64,000 bases of DNA from the human T2T-CHM13v2.0 reference genome, Homo sapiens, in the NCBI RefSeq assembly GCF_009914755.1, contig NC_060934.1; one strand, given 5' to 3'. Position 1 is the stretch's first letter. Each line of letters begins with the position of its first letter. A program made the translations under genes and the position numbers. This document shows, piece by piece, positions 41,650-62,186 of the stretch. The notes under the pieces were generated by a model, which ran no database searches, was not told where the DNA came from, and worked only from the letters and a program-made list of their open reading frames with translations.

Positions 41650-41790
41650 AAAGGAGGTGTTTTATTGTTTCCCATATTTAGATAAGGAAACTACAGTATT
41701 GAAAGGTCAAGTAACCAGAAGCCCAATTAGTGTTAGAACCATGTTTCTAACTCTGGCCCCTAAGCCTGTGTCCAAGACACCACTCTGCCA
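41650..41790 (-). mobile_element. MIR fragment
   Basis: CCCATATTTAGATAAGGAAACT...AGGTCAAGTAAC. Confidence 0.55.
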
Positions 41791-43399
41791 AAAAAAACTC
41801 ATGTGATCGTAAATCTCAGTAGATAAAGTCCATGTTGAATTCTCCACTGACTTCAGGAAATTTCATACTAGCAAAACTCTGTAAGGACATGCATGCAAAT
41901 CCAGTGTTATCTTTTCTCTCATTTTGTATTCATTCAAATCTAACAAATCAGACAAACCTATAAAGAAACTCAAAACTAAAAAAAGAAGTCCTGCCATGCA
42001 GATAAAATCACCTGCCATTTACAAAGATTTTACCTACATCTTAAGTATAAATTTCTAATTTGAGCTGAGTATAGTGAGTATAGCTGTGTAATAAATTTAC
42101 ATCCAGAAGAGTTGGAAAAAAATTCTTTTAATTGAGAAACTGTTTCTGTCCTGAAATGACCAATATGAAAGCATACATGTCTTTGCCACAGAAGTGAATA
42201 CTTTCTGATGTATGAAATAGCAATGTTCAAGGATGCCTTCAGCAATATTCAAATTAGCCTTAATGATGACATGTTAAAGCCTTCCAAGCTCCCAAAATAA
42301 TTTCTGTTTAATTACTTTTCTACAACTGTAAGGCATGAATGTACTATCACTTTAAATACAATTACATGAATTTATTTTCAATATTTCCATCAAGGCTAAT
42401 TTAAATGCATTTTTTCTTTTATTAAATGCTTTTATGGTTTTGGTGACAATATCATTGTGCTGTTTAATTAAATGAGTTTTGTTTAAAGTTATTAACATCC
42501 CTGACACACCACACACAGGTAGATGTGTGCACGCAAACACCCACACACACGCACGGGATTTCCTTGTTCAGTCCTTCGTTTTTTTTCCGCATAATCTTAT
42601 TCACAACTTTTATATGTATTGAAAATATTGGCTTTGAAAACATTCTTTGTGGTAGTGTCTTTTTCCGTAATTAGTTTTCTCTTGTATTGCTTTTGTTCAT
42701 CCATCCATAATTCTTATTGTATAAACATAAATTAGACAAGAACTAGGTGGTTTACACTACTATAAATATTTTTCTTATCCTTAATTTGCACTGGCTGTTT
42801 TATTTCTTTTATTTGTCATTGTAGGATGGCTTCCTCTCGTTAACCTATAAACCTCTGGAGACTGTGTTTCTCGCCATACTCCGTTATGACTAGAAGCAGT
42901 TTTTTCAGATTCTTTCTGAACAAATGCAAGGCAATGACAAAAAAACATTTCTGAAAGATTTTATGTGAGTTTCAAATTACCACACTAGATAAACTCTAAC
43001 TTCATAATACCCCCTGATTGTAGTATCTGAATAATACAGAAAATGTCACCACAAAATGAGGTTGACGTAGAACCAGGTCCTAACATATTTCAAAGATGCT
43101 AGATATAATGATGTCTCTGTTAGCATTTTCTGGGCTCTGAATCCACCAATCTACCATGCCCCTCACTCTTCCCCATCACATACAGACCATAAACCTGACA
43201 CACCCATTCATGATCCTGTGGGCCTACCACCACTTCCACTTGAGAGAGTGTATTAAAGACAAATGAGAGAGAAGGATTGTTGTGTAAGGATAATATTGTA
43301 GATAGGTTCAGCTCAACAACTTTGTAATATTGTAGATAGGTTCAGCTCAACCACAATAAAAAGGCTCCCTTTATTATGAATTAATATACATAACTTTCT

Positions 43400-43590
43400 A
43401 CCAGAATCAGACTTCCCGACTCTAACTTGTGAACCTAAGCTTTCTAGGCCTCAGTTTTCTAATTTGTGAAATAAAGACAATAATAATATTTAATTAATAG
43501 TATTTCTGTGATGATTAAAATGGATAATAAATGTATCCAGTCCCCTTGTGCAGTGTCAAATGAGGGGTAATAACTTAGTATATATTGCAC
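43400..43590 (+). mobile_element. MIR
   Basis: GCCTCAGTTTTCTAATTTGTGAAAT...ATAATA...CTGTGATGATTAAA. Confidence 0.65.
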
Positions 43591-44199
43591 ATGGCTTTAG
43601 AGTTTTCCTTTTTAAATAATATTATTAAACAACATATTGTGTTCTAATATGGTTTTTAATTTCCTGCACTTGTTAATATGTTTTTATTAATAACTTATTA
43701 ATGGAATTACATATTCAGAAATGACCCTGGACAATCTTTAGTTTAGATAGTCTTGTACATTTACAAGGACTTATCTATACAACAGTAGGTCATTTTATTT
43801 AATATAAAGATATACCGTGAATTTTCTTTTTAAATAGCAAGGCTCTTTGGAAATGAATTTGCAGAAAGTTTTGACTTATTGAACTCAGTCTAGGCTTTTT
43901 ATGTGTTTGATGATTTTTCTTAGCTATTTAGTGTAATTCAGTATAATCGTTAAAATGACTGAATCAGATGAACAATTTATAATTTCTAAAAACCACAAGT
44001 CAAGAGACAAGGTTTTCTATTTTAGATTTGTCACTAACAAGTTGGTGATCTTGCGTGAATTGTTTATGCAATTAATTCTTCATGACTTGGGATCATTTTA
44101 CTAGATGTACACTAGCTTAAATGAACTAATGGGAGCCTAGCAAGTTCTAGTATCAAGTCAGAATTCAGAATTTGAAAAATTCAGGTCAGAAGGGATCTT

Positions 44200-44605
44200 A
44201 TGTAGTTCAAACTGGAATGCCTATAAAGCTATGTAGGTAATGAAAATGAAGAAAGTGTAACAACCGTAGCTCAAGCAAGATTATAAATGGGAATTTACAG
44301 TCAGTGTTGTGGATATAAGAATGCTTTTATCTATGGTTAATTAGGGAAAATAAAACTTGTCTATAAGGGACAGTAACTCCTTACTTCCTATTTGTTGTTG
44401 CCACAGAAAAACCTAGTGCAATTTTGCCAGATTTTCTGATGTTCAAATGCTAAGAGATGCTGGAAATTAAGATTTTCATGTGAACTATTCTGAATTCTAT
44501 ATTTTTGCAAATATTTGTTTGTTTGTTTGTTTAATAATATCTTAAAGCCACACAAACAGATTATGGTGCTACATTCAACCCAAGAACCACCAATTTGTCA
44601 CCTGG
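44200..44605. mobile_element. MER102-like hAT MITE
   Basis: AAACTGGAATGCCTA...TTGTTGCCAC...TTGCCAGATTTTCTGA...GATTTTCATGTGAA...CCAATTTGTCACC. Confidence 0.6.
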
Positions 44606-45072
44606 TCAAATAGTTTCCCATTTAACACTTGAATTCCTCCCCAACATTCCTAAGAAGTGATCATTACTATTAATAACTTAAGATAGTAATGAGCATATTA
44701 CTATCTATTGTCTGTCTATACAACTTTATAAATGATATGCTCATTACTAGCTTGGTCGATTATTCTTATTTATAGACAGTTTTGCTAGAAAGTTTTTTTT
44801 TTAATTGCTTTTGCTAAAATTAGTGCCAATAATTGTCACATGTAAATTACTTTCCTCTTCAAAAACCATGATGAAAATCTAATCTGCATATTCTTTAAGC
44901 TATTGAGGAAAATTATTGCATCTCTATCCCCACATTAACACCTACATCTTTTCTTATTTCAACGATTTCACATAGAGTTGCAATTTCTTCAGCTTTCTGG
45001 TCGAAACGAATTTATAGAACCTATCTGTATTCTTAAAAGTGTTCAGGACAGAGTTAAGTACTGTAGTCTAAA

Positions 45073-45436
45073 CAGTGGTTCCCAAACTTTTTGGCACCAG
45101 GGACCAGTTTCATGGAAGACGATTTTTTCCACAGACGGGGGTAGGGAGGTTAGGAGGGTAGGAGGTGGAGGAGATGGTTTTGGGATGACACTGTTTCACC
45201 TCAGGTCATCAGGCATTTGCTACATTCTCATAAGGAATGTGCAACCTAGATCCCTCGCATGTGCAGTTCACAATCGAGTTCAGGCTCCTGTGAGAATGTA
45301 ATGCTGCCACTGAAGTGACAGGAAGCAAAGTAAGGAGATAATGCTCACTTGCCTCCCGCTCACCTCCTGCCGTGTGGCTGGGTTCCTAACAGGCCAAGGA
45401 CTGGTACTGGTCCACAGCTGGGGGTTGGGGACTCTG
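45073..45436. mobile_element. MER1B (hAT-Charlie MITE)
   Basis: Terminal inverted repeats CAGTGGTTCCCAAAC / GGTTGGGGACTCTG; internal GGCACCAGGGACCAGTTTCATGGAAGAC and GCAACCTAGATCCCTCGCATG; GTCTAAA/GTTTAAA flanks. Confidence 0.92.
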
Positions 45437-45818
45437 GTTTAAAGTGAGACACATCAGAACAGTGCCAGTCCTGAACCACTATCCTTTTAGCACGCTAATG
45501 TGGCACATAAAAATCTCTGCTTCTAGAATTACTTTGCTATGCAAATTAAATATTACAATTATCAAAATAACATCACTATTCTTTTTGTTTTCTGACTTTT
45601 CTTCATAGATGATGCCACTTGACCCTACAATGTGATATCTTCAGTTTCCTACATTCAGTAAAACTTTTCAAGACTCAGCCTCATATAATAGAATGTTACT
45701 CAACAGTTGAAAAGTTGTTTGCATCGTCGTTTATATATTTATAATATTTTATTCATGTCATTAGTATTTTTGGTCATAGTTTTGGACAATCTACAAGATT
45801 GTTTTGCAACTTTTCTTT

Positions 45819-47400
<1,582 letters not shown>

Positions 47401-49351
47401 CAACTTTTCTTTAAAAATCAAACACATTTGTTAAAAGATTATTGTGGAATTTTCCTTTAAAAGTAAAAAATGTTGCTTAGACCTATAAGAATTTATACTG
47501 ACAGAGTTTTCTTTTAGCTCATTAGAAATTTGAGATAGCTCACATGTATCTTAAGAAGTAGCATAGCATTTGTGAGATCCCAACCATGGAATTTGGGGTA
47601 ATTTGAATAGCATATTAAAATCAGGTCCTCTTTGGGCTCTAAATCAATGTCAGTCCATGTTTGAGAAAAAGGCTTAGTGATTAACTTGATAACAGCCAAT
47701 TACAACATTATCTAGGCTGAAAACTACTTCCTTCCAAATTGATTTTATTTATTCTAATTATTTTATCTTTCCTTCTTATGTTCTATATAGTCTTCCTTTG
47801 AGGGAAACAATCTATGCCTCACTAAGAACAGTTCTAGGCTATATTTTTTTTATTCATTAAGAAGTCATTATGTAAGACTGTATCACCCTGTCAAGATCAT
47901 AAGGAATCTGATAAATTGTCAGGTGGTGAGGTAATGTTACCCTGAGTGAGTCATGTAACATGGCATTTTCAGCCCTTAGCAATGCATCATCCACATCTTC
48001 CCTACATCTCTGTGTTAAGGGCCTTAGGAGGTCATTCAGGGGCATGCAGTTTTAGCCACGACTTGGAGAGCCATTTATCACTATCTAACTTCACATAAAA
48101 ATTTTCTCGTATATTTATGGGGCAATACATGGCATGTGGGCTTTTCATTTGAGTGGATTTTAATAGATTTGCATACATCTTATTGTGGGCAGCGTAGAAG
48201 GGCCAGTGAGATACAGACATAGATTTTGGGACCTCTCTCATTTCCAGGATGCCTGAGTTTGTAAAAGGATAAGACAGGGTGATGAACTTTCCTTTGCAAG
48301 CCCCAAGAAGAACACATCTGTAATGGGAGTGCTCTTTTTCAATCTAAAAAACAAAGTTCAGTGGATTAGTAACACAACTCTCTAGTTCAGTGGATAATTA
48401 ACACAACTTAATAAAGAACTTAATGACACAATGAGGAAGAAGAGTTACTTCTTATTAAACTTCTATTGGAACTGGTTCTCAAATATAGGACCTCTTTAGG
48501 ACCTCCATGTTTTTCTAATCGTTCAGCAGCCAGTTATCTCAACCCATTGTCTTGCTACCACATTCTTCCCACCGAACCACTTTTCTGAACACCTTTCTGT
48601 GTCCCTTCCTCCTGAAATGTTCTGTCTTATGGAACATTTCAGGAGAAAGTTGCATGCTTTTGAATACTGGCTCTATTCAAGTATGTTATTTTTAAATCCT
48701 ATCTCTGTAAGATATTTTTGTTTATTTACATATTTTTTTCTCATTCCTCAGAACTGCTGGCTGCACTATTTACAAATTGTTTTCAAATTCCTGAATCACT
48801 ATCCCTTTCTCTAAAACTTGCACCATTTCTCTTATTACTGTTTTGAAGTTCATTTTGAGCCACAATTCCTCTCCATGCTCTTGAATGGAATAAAACATGC
48901 TTTATAACTCATGGCAATTCTTTCTTTTGCCTCCCATTCTAGCTATTATAATGAAGGGATAAGTTGTTCAACAGTAGACTAAAGCAGGTAAATGGGCTTT
49001 ACATTTACTCTACATACTCCTGCATATCCACTGCTGTACCATACCTCTTTCCTGAGAATTCACTCTCAGATTTGTTTCTTTTACTCTCCATTTTGATTGG
49101 TAGGTTTTAGTATCTCTGCTTGTATCTTGTTACCTATTGGTATCTTTCTCTGCCAAGCCTGTAGATATATTCTCCCTCTTGGATTAGTGTCTGTTAGGAG
49201 CATTGTTGTTCAATAAAGGGAAATGCTAATATTATGGGTTCTAGGGGCAATGAGCCTTGACTTGTGAGCCTATGTGAACAAGTTATTTGATGATCCTAAG
49301 TTTTAGTTTCCTCATTTCAATAATTGAAATAAACAATATAATAAGGCATTT

Positions 49352-50278
49352 TATTAGTTTTCTACTGTTTTATAGCAAATTTTCCTAAAATTAGTAGTTT
49401 AAAATTACACAAATCTATCATATCACAATTTCTGTTGGTCAAATTAACTGGTTCTTTGATTCAGGGGCTCACCAGGCTGAAAACAAGGTGTCAGAAAGAG
49501 CTACAAGTTCACCTGAGGCTTGGAGTCCTCTTCCAAAGTCACTTGTTCTAGCAGAATTTAGTTATTTGCGGTGGCGAAGGCTGAGGTTCTCATTTTCTTT
49601 TTCTTCTTCTTTTTTGTTTTGAGACAGAGTCTCACTCTGTCGCCCAGGCTGGGGTGCAGTGGCGCGATCGATCTCGGCTCACTGCAGTTTCCGCCTCCCG
49701 GGTTCACGCCATTCTCCTGCGTCAGCCACCCAAGTAGCTGGGACTACAGGTGCCCACCACCATGCCCGGCTAATTTTTTGTAGTTTTAGTAGAGACGGGG
49801 TTTCACCGTGTTATCCAGGATGGTCTCGATCTCCTGACCTCGTTATCCACCCGCCTCGGCCTCCCAAAGTGCTGGGATTACAGGCGTGAGCCACCGCTCC
49901 CGGCCTCATTTTCTTGTTTGCTTGCTGTCAAGCAGGAGCCATTCTCAGCTCCTAGATGCACCAATCATTCCCTGTACAAAGTAGCGCTTTGCTCCTTTAA
50001 GGCCAGCAGAAGAACCTATCACGCTTAAAATTTCTTGAACATCTCCCTTAATGGGGACAGTCCCACCCTGGATAATCTCCCTTATGATTAAGTTATAAGT
50101 CAACTAAAAGGAACATTAATTTCGTCTGTAAAATTCCTCCTGCTACATAAAGTAATCATGGGAGTAATATTACATTTTATTTATGAGTCCTGCTCACACG
50201 TCAGGGAGGAAATTACATACAGCATGAACACCAAGGGGTAGGAACCCTGGGGACCCTATTTAAATTCTACCTACCACA
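49352..50278 (-). mobile_element. MLT1E/F-like MaLR LTR split by AluY
   Basis: TATTAGTTTTCTACTG...CAGGCTGAAAACAAGGTGTCAG...GGATAATCTCCCT...TTCTACCTACCACA. Confidence 0.75.
49600..49905 (-). mobile_element. AluY
   Basis: GGGTTCACGCCATTCTCC and CAGGATGGTCTCGATCTCC; TSD TCATTTTCTT at 49590-49599 and 49906-49915. Confidence 0.95.
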
Positions 50279-52752
50279 GATACCGAGTTCATAAAATTAC
50301 TATGAGGGTTAAACTGGTGGTCAAAGGACCAGAAAACAGATTACTTATTTTTGAATTATTTTTAGATTTGAGTCTCGGTAGCATCTGATCTGCTTTCTTA
50401 CAACAATAAACCTGTGCATACTGTTAAAATTTTAGTAAGGTCAGATTTCTATCGTACGTCCTAAGGAAACAACAAACTGCTATTCAAATACAACTGTATG
50501 ACATTAAGAACCATCTGGAGAACTGACATGGAAATCTGGAAGAGATTACTGAGTAAAATGAGAAATTTAAGTGGAGAAGAGTGAGGCAAGCTGGAAGATG
50601 GAAGAGGCAGACAAAACTGTATCTTGCTATCTATCTAATGTGATTACGCTGAGTACTTTCTCTGTTTATTTGCAGTTTAATGGTTCCCTTGAACTGTCTT
50701 TGCTAAAAAATTATAGCAAATCCACATGATTTGTGTTCCTCAGTTCTACATGGAGACTTAAATGAAACATTTCAGGGTTTGGAGTTGGTAACCATCTTTT
50801 CTCCCCTTCTTTCCATCAGAACAGCCTTAGATCACAATTGAGTACTGGCCACCTTTTGGGACCTCATGCATTTTATTGATACGTTGTTACTTTCAAAACA
50901 ACTACTGTTATTTTTATGCTCTAAACAGCAACTGTTGAAGTCTAGAGAAAGACCTATAGTGGTCTCATCAGTCACACTGTTCTTGACATCTTCAGAGGGA
51001 AATTCTTAAAGAGAAAACAGGTATCTGTCACACAATATTTTATCCCACACACTCAGTAACTTACACTTTTCGTGGTTGGGAATATAAGTGACATACTGAT
51101 CTTACACGAATGAATTTCCATTCCAAACAGCACAGCCGCAATTTTTCCTTTGTATTAAGCACTGAGCAGGTGGTGTTTTCTAATCACTCATGCTCAGCTC
51201 ATCTGCTGTCACAAGCAACAGAGATCAAAGATGTGTGCTGTTGCCTGTGTGTAAAATGATGATGAATAGAACAAGGTTGTATATGCTTTGATCGGGAAAC
51301 ATTTAATTTGAAATCCATGGCAACAGAAATGTGTGAGGTGGGGCTGAGCCCTCCTCTGTCATAAAAAAGTAATTCAACATCATCTAGCAATCCTTCGGCT
51401 TGGTTCTTGTCACTACTGCGGTATAGTGAATTAGAGCACAGAATCAATGGTAGAAGTGGCAAGACATTACCTCTGGTTAATAACACAAAGTTTTTCTGCA
51501 GCAACAGTACCTTCAAAACTGTACTAAATGTTTGTCCTCTGTGGTCTCAAATAACCTCATTTTAATTCTTATATCCTGTGTTTTTTTCATATATTAAATG
51601 TCTTGAACTATTTACCTTTCTCACTACATTGCAAGATTTTTGAAGGTCGTATTACTCCTACTTTGCTTTTCTGACTCCTTGTTCGATATTTGACAGCTGG
51701 TAGACGCTCAGCAAATATGTATTTTTAAATAGAATATACTCAAACACAAATATAAATACCACTTTGCTGAGGAATTTCAAAGCTACCTGATCTTTAGACT
51801 ATAATATGTTCAATCATTTCAGTAAGTTTAATGTTGACCTTTATGTTGAGCAGGTCAATAAATTTTAAGATACTCTATTACAGTTATAATTTTACATACA
51901 TTAAACTAATAAAGTAGAGCTGATGACTTTTTGTTGAAATAGCTTTTACAAGTAACAATTTCATTATTCTCCAGACTTGAACTAGTAGATAAATAGCATC
52001 TATTTCTTCTTTGGAAGTATAGCCACTTTACCCTCTAAGGCTCTTATCCTGAGGCAAGATTTGCCATTTTAGAGATGAATCTTCTATTAGGTAGACAACT
52101 GCATTAATAATTGGAATGAGTCATTAGAGGAATTAGCTATCAACTGGAAATCCATTCAGGATACAACAATGGGGTAATTTATATAACAGCAGTTTCCTGA
52201 AATTAATATTTTCCAGCAACCTGTGAGATTTATCAGTCACAGTCTAAACAGTTCAATGAGACCATGTTTTAGTCATGGTAATTTCTGACTTAATGCCCAT
52301 TCATTTGTTGAGTGTGAACTAGTGGATTCAAGAGAAAAGTAGACTTGATATGGAAAAAACAAAGATCTCCTTAGCGTTATGAGATAAGGCTCTGGAACAG
52401 AAGCCACCAGATAGTTAAAACGGTTGTACTCTCTGTGGCTTTTTACCCTATCTGCAAAATCAAAAGTGTAATAATCTTGTAAACTGCTTAAAGTTCAGTA
52501 ATTTGCTTTCATGGTTACTGCATAATATTTAGGAATGTTAAGGTTAGACTTTGTTTGCTAAAAGAAATTGTAATATCTAATGTAAAAAATTGATAGTAAT
52601 TCTCTATGTATATCTTAAGCTACTTTATAATACTTTATAAGTATCCTCTGGAATAGGCTCTGCAATAGATTGGAGATGATGAAAGAAAGACACGTTTTCT
52701 CTCAATGACATGAAAATTTATTTCATGAAAATAGATGAAAAATTATATATCC

Positions 52753-53097
<345 letters not shown>

Positions 53098-53589
53098 CTA
53101 GTGTATATCTAGTGACTGTATATATATATACACATAAACACACACACACCCCTACATATATGACGTTTCATATTATATATATATATATATATAAAATGTT
53201 ATTAAGTGTACATAAATACAATTCAAAGGCTGAGAGGACCAGAAGTTAAAAACCTCTGAGTCAGATGAAAGATGGAATTCAGAAAAGACTTTCTTGAGAT
53301 CCAAATTATTTGTAAGAAACTCACAAAGGCAGAAGCACACATTGGGGGAGGAAGAGTGTACTAGGAATAAAGGCATTTTGAAAGGCAGGGACAGCACGGT
53401 AAATCAAGGTCAGTGAGACACTTGCTGGCAGGACCCCAAGGGCCACTTGAGAGAATAAAGTGACATGAGATTAATGAACCATAGCTGCTGAAAAGGCCTG
53501 CACAGAGCCATGTGCTTTCTATAGGAGAGGTGCTTTATGTTCTTGGGCAGGTGAACAAAATACAAAAGAAAATTCTTCGAGATGATCAT

Positions 53590-53820
53590 AATAATAGCTT
53601 ACATTTATTGATGCTTATTTGTCAAAAAATATATGCCTTAACTCATTTCTCATGGCAAACCTATGAAGTAGGTACTATTAATATTAGCTATATTTTTAAC
53701 TCAATTTAATAGAAGATAAGTGATACAGAGAGAAGTTTTGTAACTTAAGACACAGAGAATAAATGATACAGTAGACGTTCTAATGCAATTAGCCTGACTA
53801 GACACCCCATAACAATCACC
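53590..53820 (-). mobile_element. MIR
   Basis: AATAATAGCTTACATTTATTGATGCTTA...CCTATGAAGTAGGTACTATT...ACAGAGAGAAG. Confidence 0.65.
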
Positions 53821-54581
53821 ATAGCTGCTGCTCAAGGTAGTTCCTTTAGAAGCCAGCAAAATATTGAAAGAAATGGGTCAAATCTTATTATAATAAAATC
53901 AACCTAAAGTTCAAGGCAATTCATTTTTAATAGAAACGGCCTTCAGAGGAGAAAAAAAGAAAAAAGAAATTCTTATTTACTCCTAATATATCACTATCTC
54001 GAACAATAAATTTGGGATACTTTTTGTTATGATGGAGAATTATTTATTCATACTCAGAACTGCTAGATTGAAAATAAAGTATGATTCAAGTCAACACAAG
54101 GAAAAATGCAAGGCGTATGTTCCAGCTAGAAATTCTTTTTGATGTAGTAGAATCTATTCTTGACCCAGAAACAGAAAAATGTAACCTGAATCTAGAAATG
54201 GCAGTGAAATATTGCAGGGAAAAGGTAATCTCTAGGAGAAAACCTGGACACAGGCAAGAAGGGGAATAAGAAGTTCAATGGAGAAAAGTGTACTGGAAGG
54301 GGACCTTTTGAGTTTTCATACTCTAAATGTGAATTAAAATAATAATTGTCTGCTAGGAGACAATATTACTTAAGTCCCTTGTCTGCCGCATAGAAAATTT
54401 TATTTTTAAAAAACAAGCCTATTAGTTGTCTAATTCATTCATTTAGTCATGAATTTATCTGTTTAAATATCAATAGGAGTACAACTTTGAAATGGTATGT
54501 TCATTTGATGTTTATGACTTTCAAAATAATCTGTCACTTTCTCTAGTCCCTTTTTTTTCACAAGGAAAAATAGAAATTATT

Positions 54582-57727
<3,146 letters not shown>

Positions 57728-57870
57728 AATAGTCCCTTTTTATGATACTGTCCTTTATAAAGTTTGTCTTCCTCTGTTTCCCTAAGTGTATTTTAATATT
57801 TCAAGCACTACTTCAATTTTTGCATTTTCCATTAACCTTTTGCTCTACCTCTTAACGTTCATGTATTTTT

Positions 57871-58094
57871 TTTAATTATTATGCTTTAAGTTCTGGGATA
57901 CCTGTGCAGATCGTGCTGTTTTGTTACATAGGTATACACGTGCCATGGTGGTTTGCTGCACCCATCAACCCATCATCTACATTAGGTATTTCTCATAATG
58001 TTATCCCTCCCCTAGCCCCCCAGCCCCTGACAGGCCCAGTGTGTGATGTTACCCTCCCTGTGTCCCTGTGTTCTCATTATTCAACTCCCACTTA
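57871..58094 (-). mobile_element. L1PA7/8-like 3'UTR-only insertion (~225 bp)
   Basis: CCCATCAACCCATCATCTACATTAGG and CCCTAGCCCCC; TSD core TTCATGTATTTTT at 57858-57870 and 58099-58111. Confidence 0.9.
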
Positions 58095-58327
58095 ACCTTT
58101 CATGTATTTTTCACATTTGTTCTTTCCCTGAATGTTGACATCCTATCATTATTCAAGTTTTTTCTATTCTATTTAGTCCTTCTTATGTAATTAAATATGC
58201 TAAAAGTGATAACATCTTCCTATTAATTTAAGCATAAACTGTATATTAGGTATCATGATAGTTACAGGGATACAATAAATCCTACAGAATGATGTAGTTC
58301 CCTGGGAAGAATATATTCAGTAGAGAA

Positions 58328-58490
58328 AAGACTAGCTTCACAAACATGCACAGGGATCCATGCTCAGAAGGGATCTGCCTGTGGTTTAATTCTCTGATGT
58401 TGTCAGCTTAAATTTCTTAATAATTTTTGAATAAGACTCCTCCACCATTTACATTTTGCACTGAACCATGCCAGTGATATAGCTGGTCCT
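58328..58490. mobile_element. MER45A-like hAT-Tip100 MITE inside an L2 relic
   Basis: GCACAGGG...GCTCAGAAGGG...GGTTTAAT...TTCTTAATAATTTTTGAA...CATTTTGCACTG...TAGCTGGTCCT. Confidence 0.75.
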
Positions 58491-58494
58491 CAGT

Positions 58495-58765
58495 GGAAAA
58501 GCAGACTTTTAAACGGGCAAGAAATACAACGTGAGGCACTGTAATAGAGGAACTACATGAATCAGTAGATGACAGTAGAGGGACTACCAATAAACACCTA
58601 ACCTTAAAATGATGACGGAGAGGAGGGTCAGGCAATGTTTTCTTACAGGAGGTGTTATCTAAGCTAAGCTATGAGGGGTGTGTCAGAGTTATCAAGGCAA
58701 GGTAGTGAGAGAGGTTGAGAAGGTGAGAGATAGAACTGCATGAGTAAAAATACAGAAGACAGAAG
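58495..58765 (-). mobile_element. L2 fragment
   Basis: GGTCAGG...AGGAGGTG...TAAGCT...AGAGTTATCAAGGCAAG, antisense L2 pattern. Confidence 0.55.
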
Positions 58766-60184
58766 GGCACAGAGCATAACTTCTTTTTTAGATTTTCATT
58801 ATATCATGCAAATAAATATATTTAGTATGATTTTCCCTGTTTTATGACAATTACACACTAATGTCCAAAACTAGGATAAAGAAACGCTACTTATTCAAGC
58901 ATTCTAATGGCGTGGTCAACAATTAGCATGAAGTTGCTGTTATATGTACAGACTTGACAAAAATAGCCCATCCACAATCAACTCCCACATCACCACATCC
59001 AGTTTAAATAATGCAGGACTGAGGAGAGAGAATTTTCAGCTTTGTAGAGACTGCACTGCTCCTGATAACAGGTCATTCCCATTGGTGATGGAGAAGGATA
59101 CTGCCACTTCAGAATATTACTCTTAGAGATTGGGGTGTTTTCAATAATACAATACCATGTGTTTTGTTTTATTCTGTTTTGTCAAGAAGGACAAATGTTA
59201 AGTCGCAGACATGATAAACTGCCACTGCTCCTGTATCTGATCCTATTCGGCTCAAACCAATCTATACATAAGAAAAGAGAATCTTGAAGAGATTCCGCTG
59301 TGAAAAGAAGAAGCAGGAATAAATAAAAGAGCTGAGAGTCCACTATTTGGCATGGTAAGCAGTGTTTGTATCTTGTAGGTCAAGGGGCAAGTAGCTGATC
59401 CTAAGTCATCTTTCTAGTATATCTCCTCAAACTTCACCCTCCACCAAGAAGAATGTTCAAATGGAGAACAGACTCTTAACAGTAAGAGACTACATTTTAT
59501 ACAGCTGGTACAGGAGCTGACAGATGAAGGAAGATGTGAAGAACCAGAGCTGGACTTGAATGGGGCTAGATATTCATGACAGAGAATGTTTCAGTGTAAA
59601 GGTACAAAATAATTCACATACAGACTCTATTACAGATCAGTGTTTGTACTCCTGTCACTCCATTGTTATGCAAAGAATCACTGACACCAAAGAGAAGACT
59701 CAGATGGAAGCTAAATTAAGAAACACTTTCTTCCACTGAACTTCAGTGCACTGGAATATTTTTGAAGAGACTTGGAGGAAGAGCTGTCCCAGAACCAGAC
59801 AACACATTTCCCCCTTTCACACGTGTAAGCTGGGTGCATGCACATACACTGAGCCCTGGCCACTTCAAGCAGTATACACTCTCACACTTGTTCTAGATTG
59901 ACAGAGGAAAGGAAATAAAAGAAGCAAAATCTAGTTCAAATGTAATACTTTTTATTGACCAAATGTAACCTCGTGTTTTGGTAATTTGCCCAAGATATAT
60001 TTAAAGAATAAAAAAGAAACTTTATAAAGGCACATTTGAACAGATATTTGTATTCCTTATTACAGGAAAATTTTTTGAAGGCAGACACCATAATGAAAAA
60101 AACTGGGTTTTATTTGTATTAATTAAAGTTTAAAACTATTCTATGTGGAAACATACATGCACAATCAATTTGAAGATAAATTAT

Positions 60185-60543
<359 letters not shown>

Positions 60544-60731
60544 TTAAGATAACATTATTTATGATAAAGAAAACAGCAATGCAGTCATAATTTGTTTATT
60601 TATTTTTTTTAAATAATGGTGGTGGGTCAACTGAATGGGAGGAAAAGTATCTTGATCCCAAGCTAACACTATGTCAAAAAAATTAATGAAGTATGAATTG
60701 TAGATTTAAATGTACAAATAAAACAAAACAG

Positions 60732-61830
<1,099 letters not shown>

Positions 61831-61865
61831 CAAACTATTTTACTAAAAGAACATTTTTATTTTTA

Positions 61866-62186
<321 letters not shown>

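Noticed and set aside
59280-59930. Purine-rich, GC-richer stretch as an exon or LTR
   Set aside because: No convincing ORF, splice pair or family match that I can support; it needs a Dfam search.
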